The translations under genes and the position numbers were made by a program. Positions 1 through 14,517 of a stretch of 64,000 nt of DNA are shown piece after piece. The stretch comes from an uncultured Thermoleophilia bacterium (lineage in GTDB: Bacteria; Actinomycetota; Thermoleophilia; Gaiellales; Gaiellaceae). The DNA is taken from NCBI GenBank assembly GCA_963817765.1, contig CAWFPX010000010.1, forward strand, positions 60,494 to 124,493, given 5' to 3'. Every line of letters starts with the position of its first letter. Position 1 is the first letter of the stretch. A model generated the notes under the pieces. That model ran no database searches, was not told the DNA's origin, and was given only the letters and a program-made list of their open reading frames with translations.

Positions 1-1248
1 TCGTGGCCGTCGACGAGGATCGCTCCTTCGTCGGGGTCGTAGAAGCGCCCGACGAGCTTCGCCGTCGTCGACTTGCCGCCGCCCGACTCGCCGACGAGAG
101 CGAGGCAGCCGCCGGGCGGCACGTGGATGTTGATCGAGTGCAGCACCGGCTCGCGCCCGTACGCAAACGTGACGTTCTGAATCCGCAGGTCTCCCTCGAT
201 CCGGTCGGGCTTGCGAGTCGCCGCGCCGTCATGGATCTCCGCCTCGGTGTCGAGCACCGTCGTGATCTTCTCCATCGCGGCGCCGGCCGACTGCACCTGC
301 CCGTAGAGGTCGGAGAGCTCCTGCAACGGCTGGAAGATGAGGTTCAGCAGGAAGACCGAGGAGATGAGCGTGCCGATCTGGAGCGAGCCGCCGGTCACCA
401 TCAGCCCGCCGACCCAGAGCACCGACGCCATCGCGACGATGCCGAGGAACTCGATCCCCGGGAAGAAGAGCGAGTTCAGCCACTGGGCATGGGTGTTCGT
501 CTGGCGGTTGAAGTCGTTTGCCTTGTCGAACTCGTCGAGGAAGGCACGCTCGCGGTTGAACGCCTGGATGACGGCCATGCCGGACACCGATTCGGCGATC
601 TGCGCGGTCAGCGACGAGATCGTCTCGCGTACACGTAGGAACGCGGCGTGTGATCGCACCTGGAACCAGCGGGTGAGAACGAGCGTCGGTGGCAGGATCA
701 CGAGCGCGACGAGGCCGAGCCGCCAGTCGAGGATGAAGAGGCCGATGACCGCCGCGATGAGTGTCAGCGTGTTGACGACGAGTGTCGTCAGCCCCTGCGA
801 GAGGACGTCGGACAGCGCATCGACATCCGACGTCAGCCGCGCGATGATCCAGCCCGCCTTCTGCTGGGAGAAGTAGCGCAGCGACAGAGGTCGTCAGGTG
901 ATCGAAGAGGTCTTCGCGCAGCCCCAGCACGACGTCCTGGCCGACGCTCGCAAGGCCCCGCACGAGGGTCGTCTGGAGCACCCACGCGAGCGCGTTGATG
1001 ATCAGGTACACCACGACATCGCGGTTGAGGCGGGCGTAGTCGCCGGCGCGCATGCCGTTGTCGATCGCGTCCTGCACGACGAACAGGGCCGCGACAGGAG
1101 CCGCAGCCGACAGGACGCCGACGATCGAGAGCAGCCCGACACGCAACCGCCGACCCTTGAGGTAGCGGGTGAGGCGGGTGAGCCCGACTCTCTCCTTACG
1201 CGGCAGCGGAGACCTCCTCACCGAAGAGCGCGGCGAAGACGCCGCCAC
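1..1248 (-). pseudogene. ABC exporter, fused permease/ATPase (MsbA/CydC-like); 3' end outside window; one frame break near 890 as assembled
   Basis: Reverse translation of 1-60 reads KLVGRFYDPDEGAILVDGH (ABC ATPase). ORF 229..1248 opens with an exporter TMD (LTRYLKGRRLRVGLLSIV..LGLREDLFDHL), then becomes Arg/Pro-rich nonsense, so the frame must change near 890. Confidence 0.8.
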
Positions 1249-2981
1249 GGGCGAGCAGCTCGACCGACGTGCCGGACTCGACGATCACGCCTTCGTCGAG
1301 GACGACCGCGCGGTCGGCGACCTCGACCGTCGAGAGACGCTGGGTTGCGATCAGCACGGTGCGGCCCGCCAGCGCGGGGCGGAGGTTCTCGACGAGGTGG
1401 CGCTCGGTCTGGGTGTCGACAGCCGACATCGGGTCGTCGAGTACGACGACGCGTGCGCCGGCGATGAGCGCGCGCGCGAGCGCGACCCGCTGGCGCTGCC
1501 CGCCCGAGAGGTTGACGCCTCGCTCGCCGATCAGCGTGTCGTAGCCCTCGGGGAGCTCGGCCGCGAAATGGGCGACGCCTGCAGCCTCGCAGGCGGCGAC
1601 GACTTCGTCCCAGGGCGCTCCTGGGCGCGCGGCGGTGAGGTTGTCGCGCAGCGGGATCGAGAAGAGAATCGGCTTCTGGGTGACGATCGCGACGGCGGCG
1701 CGCAACTCGGCGAGTGCGAACTCGCGGATGTCGATGCCGCCCACGAGCACACGACCCTCGGTCGGGTCGTAGAAGCGCGGCAGCAGGTTGAGGAGTGATG
1801 TCTTGCCGGCGCCGGTCGGGCCGCAGACTGCGATCACCTCGCCGGGCGCCAGCTCGAGGTCGACGCCCGAAAGCACCTCCGAGCCCGAGCCATAGCTGAA
1901 GTGGACGCCCTCGAAGCGCACGGCGAGCTCGCCGGCCGCCGGCAGCGCGACCGGTTTCGGCGGCCTCGGGGACCGGCTCGATTCCCTGGAGCCAAGCGAA
2001 GCTGCGCGATGCGGAAGCGGTCGCACGCTGGGCGAGCGAGAGGATCCAGCCGAGCGCCTCGAGCGGCCAGACGAGCTGGAGGAGCAGTTGGTAGAAGAGG
2101 AAGAACTCGCCGTAGGTGAGCGTGCCGCCGATCACCTGGCGGCCGCCGAACAGGAGAACGGCGGCGATCGAGAGCGTCGGCAGGAAGAGCAGCCCGGGCA
2201 GGAACGCCGCCTCGATGCGGGCCTGGCGCAGGACGCCGTCCCGCACCGCTTCCGCCTTGTGCGCGAAGCGTTGCTGCACGTCGTCCTCGCGCCCGAATGC
2301 CTGCACCATCTCGATCCCGACAACCGCCTCGTCCGCGGCCTCGGTGACGTTCGCCTTCAGCTGCTGGACCTGACGCGAGACCGGCATCACCTTGCGGGCG
2401 AACGAGAACGCCAGCAAGAACACCGCGGGCATTGCGATCAGCGCGACAAGGGCGAGCGTCGGGTTGACGAAGAAGAGGACGACCGCGATCCCGAAGATCA
2501 TCATCAGCGACTGCAGTCCCTGGGTCATGCCCCAGCCGATGAAGTAGCGCACGGGGTAGAGGTCGTTGGTCGCGCGTGACACGACCTGGCCGGTGGCGTG
2601 CTGGTCGTAGAAGGCGCGCGGGTAGCGGAGATACGCGTCGTAGAGCAGCTCGCGCATCCGCGCTTCGACGCGAATGCCGGTGCGCGCGGTCGCATAGCGC
2701 CGCGTGTAGTTGAATCCGAACCGCAGCAGCCCGAGCAGCACGACAACGACGAGGTAGGGCCAGAGGGGCTCGCGGTGCCCGTTCGTGGGCGCGATCGAGT
2801 TGTCGATCGCATGGCGAACGACGATCGGAATCGCCAGCGAGAGGCCGCTGTAGACGAAGGCGCAGGCGAGCCCGATCGAGACAAGGCGCCATTGCTCGCG
2901 CCAGAGATGGGCCAGCCCCTTCGCCGTCTGCCAGAGGCTCAGATCCGGAGGATCGACCGAGGGAAACCGGTTATTCACCAC
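1196..2981 (-). pseudogene. ABC exporter, fused permease/ATPase; one frame break near 1960-2020
   Basis: ORF 1218..2981 gives the 6-TM domain (..SRATNDLYPVRYF..). ORF 1196..2026 gives the NBD with Walker A GPTGAGKTS, signature LSGGQRQR and Walker B VVVLDD. Tandem with the previous gene, suggesting a heterodimeric exporter. Confidence 0.85.
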
Positions 2982-3075
2982 GGGAGGCTACCAGTCGCCG
3001 CTGCCGATGGTTAACGAGGTTAAGAGGTTGGCGGGGGAGCATCCGGGTCGCCGGCTGCTCCCCCGCAATTGCTCG

Positions 3076-5144
3076 CTACGGGATGAAGTCGAGATCCTCC
3101 GGCAGGAACGACGCCGGTGTCTCGAAGTACGGCCCGGCACCGTCCGGATCGATCGTCACCGCGCCGTTCGAGGCGAAGAACGTCGCGATCTGAGCCTGCG
3201 CTTCGATCGCGAACGGCGCCCCGGGCCCGGTGATGTTCGTCAGGAACGTGTGCGGGTTCTTGGACGTGCCGAATGCAGCGAATGCGAGGTCGTTGCGGAA
3301 CAACGTCGCGCGAGCGGCGAAGTTGCCCGCTCTGATCACCCGCGTCGCGGTCGGGTTCGGCACGGTCTGGTCGCCGCGTGCGAACTGGAAGATCAGCGGG
3401 ATCGAGATGTGCGGAGCCCAGCCCTCGGGGTTGCCCGGTTGCTGCACCCATTCGGAGTTGTCGAGGTAGTCCTGGATCGGCTCTGCGCCCGCCACGGTGT
3501 CGGTGACGAGCGGCTGGTCTCGAAGCGGCATGTTCTCGTTGAAGTTCGTGAGCGTCGCGTTCGGCACCGCGTTGTAGAGCGACGGCGTCCGGCTGATCAG
3601 CGAGATGCCGACCAGCGGCCGGAAGCTCGGCGAGAGCCGTGCGATCTCGACGATCGGGCCGCCCGCCACGTTCGTGACGCCGGCGCGGATGGTCGACTCG
3701 AGGCCGAGCAGCTCGACGCCGTAGATGCCGCCGAACGACTGGCCCGAGTAGTAGATCCTCGACGTGCTGAGGTCGGGAGTGCCGTTGCCGTCGACGTCAA
3801 CGCCGCTCTGGAGCATGTGCGTGAGCGTGACGAGGTCGAAGACGGTCTGACGCAGCCCGTCGCTGTCGAGACGATCGAGCCGTTGGCCGCGTTCACGCCC
3901 TCGGTCGAGTCGATCGTCCCGTTGCCGTCCTGGTCGATGCCGCGACCGCCGGCCGGGAACGTCACCGCGGTGCCGCCCGGCGGCGTGACGGTGTACGTGC
4001 TCGCGGCGCCGAAGCCGTGCCCGACGACGTTGATCGCGATCGTGGCGATTCCGGCGTGTGCGAACGACGAGGCGACCGTCCACGGCGCACCGTTCATCGA
4101 GTCGGTGAACCCGTGGCCGAAGATCGCGACCGGCCAACCGCCCGGCGGGCTCGGTTCCCGACGGGATGAAGAGCGTGAACACGAGGTGGTTGACGCTCTG
4201 CACCGCCGGAACGCCGGTGAGCGTGCCGACCGGTGGGATCAGCTGCGAAGCTGTTCTCGTAGTCGGGCGCCGCGAACGAGCCGTAGGCGATCTTGGCGAT
4301 CGAGCCCGGGAAGACCTGCGTCGCAAGCACCGGCACAGCCGTGGTCGAGAGCGGCCCCGCCACCGTCGTCTGCCGGTTCCAGTTGATCGAGAGCGCCGGC
4401 GAGTTCGCGAAGACGGTCCGCGAGCCGTTGGGACCGAGGTTGAAGGTGCGGCGTCGGAGCGGGCGCCGAGCGGATCTGATCGCGGATCTTCTCCGAGATC
4501 GCGGTGATGCTCTGGGTCGTGAAGAGGCTCGCGTCGGCGATGTCGTCCGGGTTCGCTCCGCCTGCGAACGCCGAGTGCAGCGAGTCGAGCAGCTCCTTGC
4601 GGTACGCCTTCACCGCCTTGTCCTTCGTCTGGCCGAAGTTGAGGTCGTGACGGAACGACGTTGCGTCGATGGGATCGCCGTTCGCGTCGTGGACGCCGCT
4701 CGTCACGACGAGCAGGTACGTGGAGTCCTGGTCGAGCTGATCGTTGCTCTCGACGTAGAGGGTGTTCGTGAGCGGCTCCCACACGGGCTGGTTGATGCCG
4801 ACGACGTGGTCGCCAGGCCCGACGAGGAAGATGTTCGAGCTCGTCACCGTGCTCAGGTCGATCGGGCCCGAGAACGGGATGGTGATGCGCGGCTGGATGT
4901 TGAAACCGTCGAGTGAGTTGATCACCGCGTCGTCGGCACAGTCGGACGGACGCGCGGTGCAGGACGGCAGCGGCAGGTTGACGCGCAGACCGGTTAGCTG
5001 GGTGCTGTCCGGGACCGTGTCGAGGTTCGTCGGGAACGGCTGGAGCGCGGAGGTTGTTCCAGGTTTGTTGCCTCCTGCGAGCGCGGTGGCCGGAAGCATG
5101 AGCACGACCGCCATGACGGCGAGCGCGCGGAGTAGGATGGGCAT
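3076..5144 (-). pseudogene. secreted alpha/beta-hydrolase-like protein with Ig-like N-domain; at least 4 frame breaks
   Basis: ORF 4239..5144 has a signal peptide (MPILLRALAVMAVVLMLPATALA). The protein continues through ORFs 4094..4363, 3597..4097 and the 3' part of 3076..4782, which carries a GxSxG elbow (YYSGQSFGGIYG). Confidence 0.6.
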
Positions 5145-5249
5145 TGCAGCTACCCCCTTCGTTTACTCCGATTTCGTCAGGACAATCGAGCTACGGATAT
5201 TGACGCTACTCCGGTTTTGACGCGCCGGTCAACCGGCGCCTCCGCCTCT

Positions 5250-6304
5250 CTACCGCGGGACGAAGCAGCCGGCTGTCGCGGCCGGGCGGAGCGGTAGTGC
5301 CCTCAGAATCTCGGACGGTGCGACCGGAGCGCAGAACGGAGCGCGTCCGAGCGTGCGCCAACGTCGCGAGCCCTGGCGCGCTTGCAGCGTGCGGTTGTGC
5401 AGGCGGAACGACCAGTCGGCGAGCGACACGACTGCGCCGCGCCGGACGACCGTGGCCGGCGCGTGCACGAGCACCTGGACGCTCGTGAACCCGCGGCGGC
5501 AATCGATCTTCACGATGTCGCTCGAGGGCGAGCAGAACCAGTCGCCGACCTCGTTGGACTCGATCCCGACGACGGCCGCATCTGCGTCAGAGCACGGGAG
5601 CCCTGCGGCCTGAACGGGATCGAACCCGTGGCTCGTGAGTGCGAGCCCACAGAAGTGCGGCGGCGGAGTGGCGCACGCCGGCCCGCACGCGGCGATCAGG
5701 AACGGGCGGAGGAAGGCCGCGAGCGCCGTGCCGCCTACCCAGTCGAGGTGCGCTTCGTCCACGAACCAGTTCTGTCCGGCAGAGGCCGTGGCCCAGTCGG
5801 CGACCGTGAGTTGCGGCCAGCGCGCCGTCGCCGCCCAGATCTGCTTGTTGATCTCCGCCCAGACACCCTCGCGTTCCTCGAGCGTCAGCCAGATCACGTG
5901 CTGCGCACCGGCAGCGACCGCTGCCTGCATGATCTCGTCGAGCCCGGCGGCGTAGGTGTCGGCGCGGTCGTTGTAGCCGACGTCGATAACGACGATCGGT
6001 GCGAGCTGAGATCCGAGTGCATGAATGGTGTCGAGCGCACTCTCGCGGTGCAGGATCGCCGACGCGCCCCGCACCCGGGCTCGACGAGCTTGCGGCAGGT
6101 CTTCGTCTCGAGATCGAAGTCGAACCCGCTGGCCAGCGACTCGCGAGCATCGTTCAGCCAGTAGAGGGCGCCGCCGACCGAGTCGGTGATCATCGTGACG
6201 CGCGGGCTCGGCGACGGTGTGGCTGCGGCGCCTGAGGTTGCAGACACAAGCGCGATCGCCGCGAGCGCGAGAGTGGTTGCGAGTCGCAGCGTCAGATGCG
6301 GCAT
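5250..6304 (-). pseudogene. secreted SGNH/GDSL-type hydrolase; one frame break near 6060
   Basis: ORF 5894..6304 has a signal peptide plus ITDSVGG (block I). ORF 5250..6074 continues with VIDVGYNDR (block III). Confidence 0.6.
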
Positions 6305-6456
6305 CTCCGGATCTCAGGTTAGGGCATCGCTGCGCTCACGGGTCTCTCCGTCCCGAATCCGCGAACACGCTGAGCGTCGTCCGTGGAAACCCGGCTGCGC
6401 TCCTGCGCTCTGCGAGCGAGGCTTCGAGTGAACAAGAAGGACCTGAAGGAGGAGCA

Positions 6457-7476
6457 ATGAGCACTCGTGTCGGCATCAATGGATTCGGCCGGGTTGGACG
6501 CTGTGCGTTCCGCTCGGCCTACGAAAGCGGAGCTCCGATCGAGTGGGCGGCGATCAACGACGTGGCGGATGTGGCCACGCTCGCCCACCTGCTGCGCCAT
6601 GACACGGTCTATGGCCCGTTTCCGGGCGACATTCGGGTCGAGGGGGCCGAGCTCGTCGTGGACGGGGTCGCGATCCCCGTCTTCGCCGAGAGCCTGCCCG
6701 CCGCGATTCCGTGGGACGGTGTCTCTGCCGAGGTCGTCCTCGACTGCACCGGCAGGTTCCGTACGCGCGAAGAGGCCGCAGGGCATCTCGCCGCGGGGGC
6801 CGAGAAGGTGATCATCTCTGCGCCGGGGAAGGGCGTCGACGCGACGATCGTGCTCGGCGTGAACTTCGACACGTACGACCCGCTTGCGCACGCGGTCGTA
6901 TCGAACGCGTCGTGCACGACGAACTGCCTGGCGCCGGTCGCGAAGGTGCTCCACGAGACCGTCGGCATCCGGCACGGCGTGATGACGACGATCCATGCCT
7001 ACACCGGCGACCAGCGGCTCGTCGACCTGCCGCACAAGGATCTCCGGCGGGCGCGGGCAGCTGCCGCGAACATCGTCCCGACATCGACCGGAGCGGCGAA
7101 GGCGATCGGCCTCGTCATTCCGGAGCTCGAGGGAAAGCTGCAGGGCTTCGCCGCACGCATCCCGGTTCTCACGGGCTCGCTGGTCGATCTGACTGTCGAG
7201 GTCGACCGCCCGACCACCGTCGCCCAGGTGAACGCGCTCTTCGCGGAGGCGGCCGCCGACGAGCTTGCCGGCATCCTCTGCTACAGCGAGGAGCCGCTCG
7301 TCTCGTCGGACGTGATCAAATCGCCGTTCTCGTCGGTCTTCGACTCGGGTCTGACGATCGTCGCGGGGGGCACCCAGGTGAAGGTCGTCGCCTGGTACGA
7401 CAACGAGTGGGGCTACTCGACCCGGCTCGTCGAGCTCGCCCAGCGGGTGCTCGTGCCGCTTGCTGTGGCCGTCTGA
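6457..7476 (+). CDS. gap: glyceraldehyde-3-phosphate dehydrogenase
   Basis: INGFGRVGR, SNASCTTNCLAP (catalytic Cys) and WYDNEWGYS. ATG at 6457 is in frame with ORF 6217..7476 and preceded by GAAGGAGGAG. Intact. Confidence 0.95.
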   Translation: MSTRVGINGFGRVGRCAFRSAYESGAPIEWAAINDVADVATLAHLLRHDTVYGPFPGDIRVEGAELVVDGVAIPVFAESLPAAIPWDGVSAEVVLDCTGRFRTREEAAGHLAAGAEKVIISAPGKGVDATIVLGVNFDTYDPLAHAVVSNASCTTNCLAPVAKVLHETVGIRHGVMTTIHAYTGDQRLVDLPHKDLRRARAAAANIVPTSTGAAKAIGLVIPELEGKLQGFAARIPVLTGSLVDLTVEVDRPTTVAQVNALFAEAAADELAGILCYSEEPLVSSDVIKSPFSSVFDSGLTIVAGGTQVKVVAWYDNEWGYSTRLVELAQRVLVPLAVAV

Positions 7477-7493
7477 CCGCAGGGCATCCACGA

Positions 7494-7535
7494 GCGGCCG
7501 GCAGTGCGGGCGAAAGCGCCCACACTGCCGGCCGC
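7494..7535 (+). terminator. 19-bp GC hairpin after gap
   Basis: gcggccggcagtgcgggcg-aaag-cgcccacactgccggccgc, with one C/A mismatch, starting 18 nt after the gap stop. Confidence 0.6.
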
Positions 7536-7558
7536 TTCGGCGTCCGCGAAACCGCGCG

Positions 7559-7575
7559 TTGTGGAAATACCACAA
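7559..7575. promoter_or_regulatory. operator-like palindrome TTGTGG-AAATA-CCACAA upstream of the gltD-like/por/ppdK operon
   Basis: Perfect 6-5-6 inverted repeat in a locally AT-richer patch, 57 nt upstream of the ATG at 7632. Confidence 0.4.
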
Positions 7576-7631
7576 GGCGATCCGCGGTCCCGCTGATGCC
7601 GGGGCCGACCGGCGGCAGGAGACTCGGACCG

Positions 7632-8950
7632 ATGAGTTTCGACGTCGTGTCACCGGTCGCACTGTCTACCGAGCTTCGACCGCCCCTTCGCTATGAGGAG
7701 GCGCTGCTCGAGGCCGACCGATGTCTCGCCTGTGGCGGCCTCTACGCCGAAGCGCCGTGCACCGCCGCATGCCCCGCCCGGGTCGACGTCTCGTCCTTCG
7801 TCGAGGCGATCGCCGACGGCGACGTGCTCGCGGCCGCGGAGACGATCTTCGCCGAGAACATCCTCGGCGGGACGTGCGCGCGGGTGTGCCCGGCCGAGGT
7901 TCTCTGCGAAGGGCGCCTGCGTGCTCGCTCACGAGGGCCGGCGACCGATCGCAGATCGCCGCCTTGCAACGCTTCGCAACGGACCAGGCGCTCGAATGCG
8001 AGCTGCCGATCCGGCGGCCCGCTCCGCCAACCGGGCGGAGGGTCGCAGTCGTCGGCGCGGGACCGGCAGGGCTCGCCTGCGCCGGGGAGCTCGCGGCGCG
8101 CGGCCACTCGGTCACTGTCTTCGAAGCGCGCGACGAGATCGGCGGCCTTGTTCGGTTCGCAATCGCGCCGTACCGGATCGAGCGGGAGCCGCTCTCCGCC
8201 GAGCAGCGGGCTCTCGAGGCGCTCGGCGTACGGTTCGAGCTCGGCGCGTCCGTGACCTGCCTCGATCGTCTCGCCGGCTACGACGCTGTGTTTCTCGGCG
8301 TCGGTCTGGGCGCCGACGTCGAGCTCGAGCTCCCCGGCAGCGACCTTCCGGGTGTGTGGGAGTCACTGCCGTTCATCGAGGCGTTGAAGACCGGCACCCC
8401 GCCCGCGGTTGGGCGGAATGTGGTCGTGATCGGGGGCGGAAACACCGCGATCGACGTCGCTCGCGAATCGCTCCGTCTCGGCGCCGCGAGCGTCACGATC
8501 GCGTACCGCCGCACAGCGCTCCGACATGCCGGCCTACGCGTTCGAGGTCGAGGAGGCGGAACAGGAAGGCGTGCAGTTCGCCTGGCATGCCTTGCCGGTC
8601 AGGCTGCTGGGGTCGGGTCACGTCACCGCCGTCGAATGCATCTCGATGCGGGCTCGGCGCACCTGATGCGAGCGGCCGCCGCCGCCCCGAACCGGTTCCC
8701 GGGACCGAGTTCGTCTCCCGGCCGACACCGTCGTCAAGGCGATCGGCCAGCAGCCCCGGCGCGAGCTCTCGAGCGGTTCGGCGGCTTCGAGCTCGCCCGA
8801 GGGCTGATCGAGGTCGACGAGTCCGGCCGCACCTCGAACCGCCGTGTCTACGCCGGCGGCGACGCGGTCGAACGGCGGCGCGAGCGTCGTCGAGGCCGTG
8901 CGGCGAGGGCAAGCGCGCCGCCGCGGCGATCGACGGAGAGCTTCCGGTGA
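7632..8950 (+). pseudogene. GltD/PreT/SudA-like NAD(P)H oxidoreductase (Fe-S + FAD/NAD folds); at least 3 frame breaks
   Basis: [14 protein letters not shown] and CARVCP cysteine motifs, then [35 protein letters not shown] and [14 protein letters not shown]. The pieces lie in ORFs 6711.., 7721.., 7693.. and 8844... Confidence 0.7.
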
Positions 8951-9486
8951 GCGAGCTGACCGAGATTCGCTGGCACGCGCGCGCCGGGCAGGGCGCGAAG
9001 ACCGCGTCGCAGGTGCTCGCGCTCGCGCTGCTGCGCAGCGGCAAGAGCGTGCAGGCCTTCCCGGAATACGGGCCCGAGCGCCGCGGTGCACCTCTGCGCG
9101 CGTTCACCCGCATCGTCGACCGCCCGATTCGGCGCCACGACTCCGATCACCGAGCCCGATCTCGTCGTCGTCCTCGAGCCGTCGCTCGTGCACGAGTTCG
9201 ACGTCGCGGACGGGCTCGAGCACGACGGCGTCGTGCTCGTGAACGCCGAGGATGTGCCGCGCGAGCTCGCCGGGCTCGACGTTCGCTGCGTGCCGGCGAC
9301 GCGGCTCGCGGCCACCGGCGGCTCGAGCTTCGCGAACCTGGTCATGCTCGGCGCGGTCGCGGCCGCGCTCGGCGAGCCGCCGCTCGAGGTCCTCGCAGGA
9401 CGCCGCCGCCGATCTGCTCGGCCGCAAGGCCGACGCGGACGCGGTTCGCGCGGCGGTCGCGGAAGGGCTACGCATGCCCGATCTGA
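8947..9486 (+). pseudogene. porG: pyruvate/2-oxoacid:ferredoxin oxidoreductase gamma subunit; about 2 frame breaks; 3' end approximate
   Basis: [56 protein letters not shown]. The GTG at 8947 overlaps the upstream stop (GTGA). Confidence 0.7.
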
Positions 9487-9760
9487 GCACCTGGCGCGAG
9501 CTGCCGGCCGGCGGACGTCGTGACCCCGGCACGACGCCGAGCAGCCGCGCACCGGTGGCTGGCGCACGGGCGTCCGGCCCGAGGTCGACCTCTCGAGCGC
9601 TGCGTCGAACTGCCTGCTCTGCTGGCTCTACTGCCCCGACTCGGCGATCACGCTCGACGGCACGACGTTCGCCGGCTTCGACTACGACGTTCTGCAAGGG
9701 CTGCGAGATCTGCGCCGAGGTCTGCCCGGTCGCAGGCGATCGCGATGGTCGAGCCGAGTC
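9474..9760 (+). pseudogene. porD: oxidoreductase delta (2x[4Fe-4S]) subunit; frame breaks; boundaries approximate
   Basis: [14 protein letters not shown].., then CVNCLLCWLYCPDSAI and FCKGCEICAEVCPV recovered from two other frames. Confidence 0.55.
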
Positions 9761-10920
9761 GACGCTCGAGGCAGCTTCTCACCGGCGGCGAGGCGGTCGC
9801 GCACGCGATGCGCCAGATCGACCCGGACGTCGTCCCGGTCTACCCGATCACGCCGCAGACGCCGATCATCCAGGGCTTCGCGAAGTTCGTCGCGGACGGT
9901 CGCGCGCACGCCGAGCTCGTCAACGTCGAGTCCGAGCACTCGGCGATGAGCGCCGCGATCGGCTCGGCGCTCGCCGGCGCGCGCACGATCACGGCGACGT
10001 CGTCGCAGGGGCTCGCGCTGATGGCGGAGGTCGTCTACATCGCCGCGTCGATGCGCGCGCCGATCGTCATGGCGCTCGGCAACCGGGCGCTTTCCGGGCC
10101 GATCAACATCCACTGCGACCACTCCGACTCGATGCTGATCCGCGACTCCGGCGTCGTGCAGCTCTTCGCCGAGAACGCGCAGGAGGCCTACGACCTGATG
10201 GTCGTGGCGCCGCGGATCGCCGAGCATCCCGGCGTGCTGCTGCCGGTGCTCGTCTGCCAGGACGGCTTCACGATCACGCACGCCGCCGAGCCGGTCGAGC
10301 TGCTCGACGACGAGGACGCGCGCGACGTTCGTCGGGACGTACGACCTCGCGCAGCCGCTGCTCGACGTCGCACGTCCCGGCGACGCAGGGCCCGTTCGCG
10401 ATGCCCGACTACTACTTCGAGCTGCGCCGCCAGCAGGCGGCCGCGCTCGACGACGCGCAGGTCGCGTCTCGACGAGTCGTCGGAAGCCTTCGAGGCACTG
10501 GCCGGACGCGCCTATCGGGCGCTCGAGGCGTACAGCGCTCGACGACGCCGAGCGCGTGATCGTCGCTCTCGGCTCGACCGCCGGGACCGTCAAGGACGTC
10601 GTCGACGACCTGCGCGCCGAAGGCGAGCAGGTCGGCGCTGCTGCGAGATCCGCTCGTTCCGGCCGTTCCCTGCTACGACGCTCACCGCTGCGCTCGCGGC
10701 CGTGGACGACCGTGATCGTGCTCGACCGCGCCGACTCGCCCGGCGGCGCGCCGCCGCTCCACGCCGAGGTCGCGACCGCGCTCTACGGCAGCGGCTGCGC
10801 GCGCTGCGCGGCCACGTGTACGGGCTCGGCGGCCGCGATCTGCATCCCGCAGGACGTGCGGGACGATCTTCGCCGGCGGGCCAACCGGCCTACGTCGGCG
10901 TGCGAGGTGAGCGAATGTCC
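9745..10920 (+). pseudogene. porA: oxidoreductase alpha subunit; about 3-4 frame breaks; 3' end approximate
   Basis: LLTGGEAVAHAMRQIDPDVVPVYPITPQTPII, ESEHSAMSAAIGSALAGARTITATSSQGLALM. Later parts (AERVIVALGSTAGTVKDVVDDLRAEGEQVG; YGLGGRD) lie in other frames. Confidence 0.75.
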
Positions 10921-11865
10921 CGTCTGAAGACTCTCGTCCGCAACCAGCACGGCGTGCCGCCGCTGCGGGGCGGTCACTCGCTCTGCCAGGGCTGCGGGAT
11001 CCCGATCGTCGTCCGCACGGTGCTCGAGCACGATCGACAGGCCGGTTGTCGTCGTCAACGCGACCGGCTGCCTCGAGGTCGCGACGACGCGCTACCCGAC
11101 AACGGCGTGGAACGTGCCGTGGATGCACGTCGCGTTCGAGAACGCCGCCGCGGTCGCGAGCGGCGTCGAGAGCGCGCAACGCGCGCTGCGCGCGCCGTCA
11201 TGCGCTCCGCCGGCGGGCGAGGTCGCGGTCGTCGTGTTCGCCGGCGACGGCGGCACCTACGACATCGGCCTGCAGGCGCTCTCGGGCGCGCTCGAGCGCG
11301 GCCATCGCTTCCTCTTCGTCTGTTACGACAACGAGGCGTACATGAACACGGGCGTCCAGCGCTCCGGCGCGACGCCGTTCGGCGCGAGCACGACGACGAG
11401 CCCCGCCGGCATCGAGAGCTTCGGCAAGGCGCAGCAGCGCAAGGACATGACGGCGATCGCCGTCGCGCACCACGTGCCGTACGTCGCGCCAGGCCGTCGC
11501 CACGCACTGGCACGACCTGAGCCGCAAGGTCGAGCGCGCTGCGATCGCGGTCGACGGGCCGGCGTTCCTCAACGTGCTGACCGACTGCCCGCGTCGGCTG
11601 GGGACACGAGCCGCGTCTGATGCCGCGCGTTGCTCGACGCCGCCGTCGAACGCTGCTTCTGGCCGCTGTACGAGGTCGTCGACGGCCGGTACCGGCTGAC
11701 GCTACGAGCCCGAGCGGCCGATCCCGGTCGAGCACTGGCTCCGGCGCAGAAGCGCTTCGCCCACCTGCTCGACCCGGACGCGCAAGCAACCGGTCGACCG
11801 GATCCAGCAACAGGTCGAGGCGGACTGGACGACCTCATCGAACTGTGCGCCGGGAGGAGCTCACC

Positions 11866-11869
<4 letters not shown>
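10915..11869 (+). pseudogene. porB: oxidoreductase beta (TPP-binding) subunit; about 3-4 frame breaks
   Basis: [24 protein letters not shown], then [43 protein letters not shown] (ORF 11114..). The stop TGA at 11867-11869 overlaps the ppdK ATG. Confidence 0.75.
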
Positions 11870-14450
<2,581 letters not shown>

Positions 14451-14517
14451 GCGACGTGCGGCCGACAATTCTCGCACCGGCTTTCCCGGTGCATGCACAC
14501 AACCCAAGGGAGGCGCT

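Noticed and set aside
1196-1248. 53-nt overlap between the two ABC exporter genes as a programmed feature
   Set aside because: The GTG at 1248 is simply the first start in the ORF track. An RBS-like AAGGAGAG at about 1191-1198 suggests a later, unresolved start, so the overlap is probably an annotation artefact.
3007-4386. Long plus-strand ORFs antisense to real genes (for example 3007..4386, 18847..20394, 36072..38276, 47428..48669, 55928..57274)
   Set aside because: They give Arg/Asp/Gly/His-rich low-complexity translations typical of shadow frames in high-GC DNA, while the opposite strand carries clear family motifs.
9745-10927. Genuine porD-porA and porA-porB fusions, because no stop codon separates them in the frames that carry the conserved ends
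   Set aside because: The region is saturated with frame breaks, so missing stops are more simply explained by the same 1-nt errors. Left as approximate boundaries.
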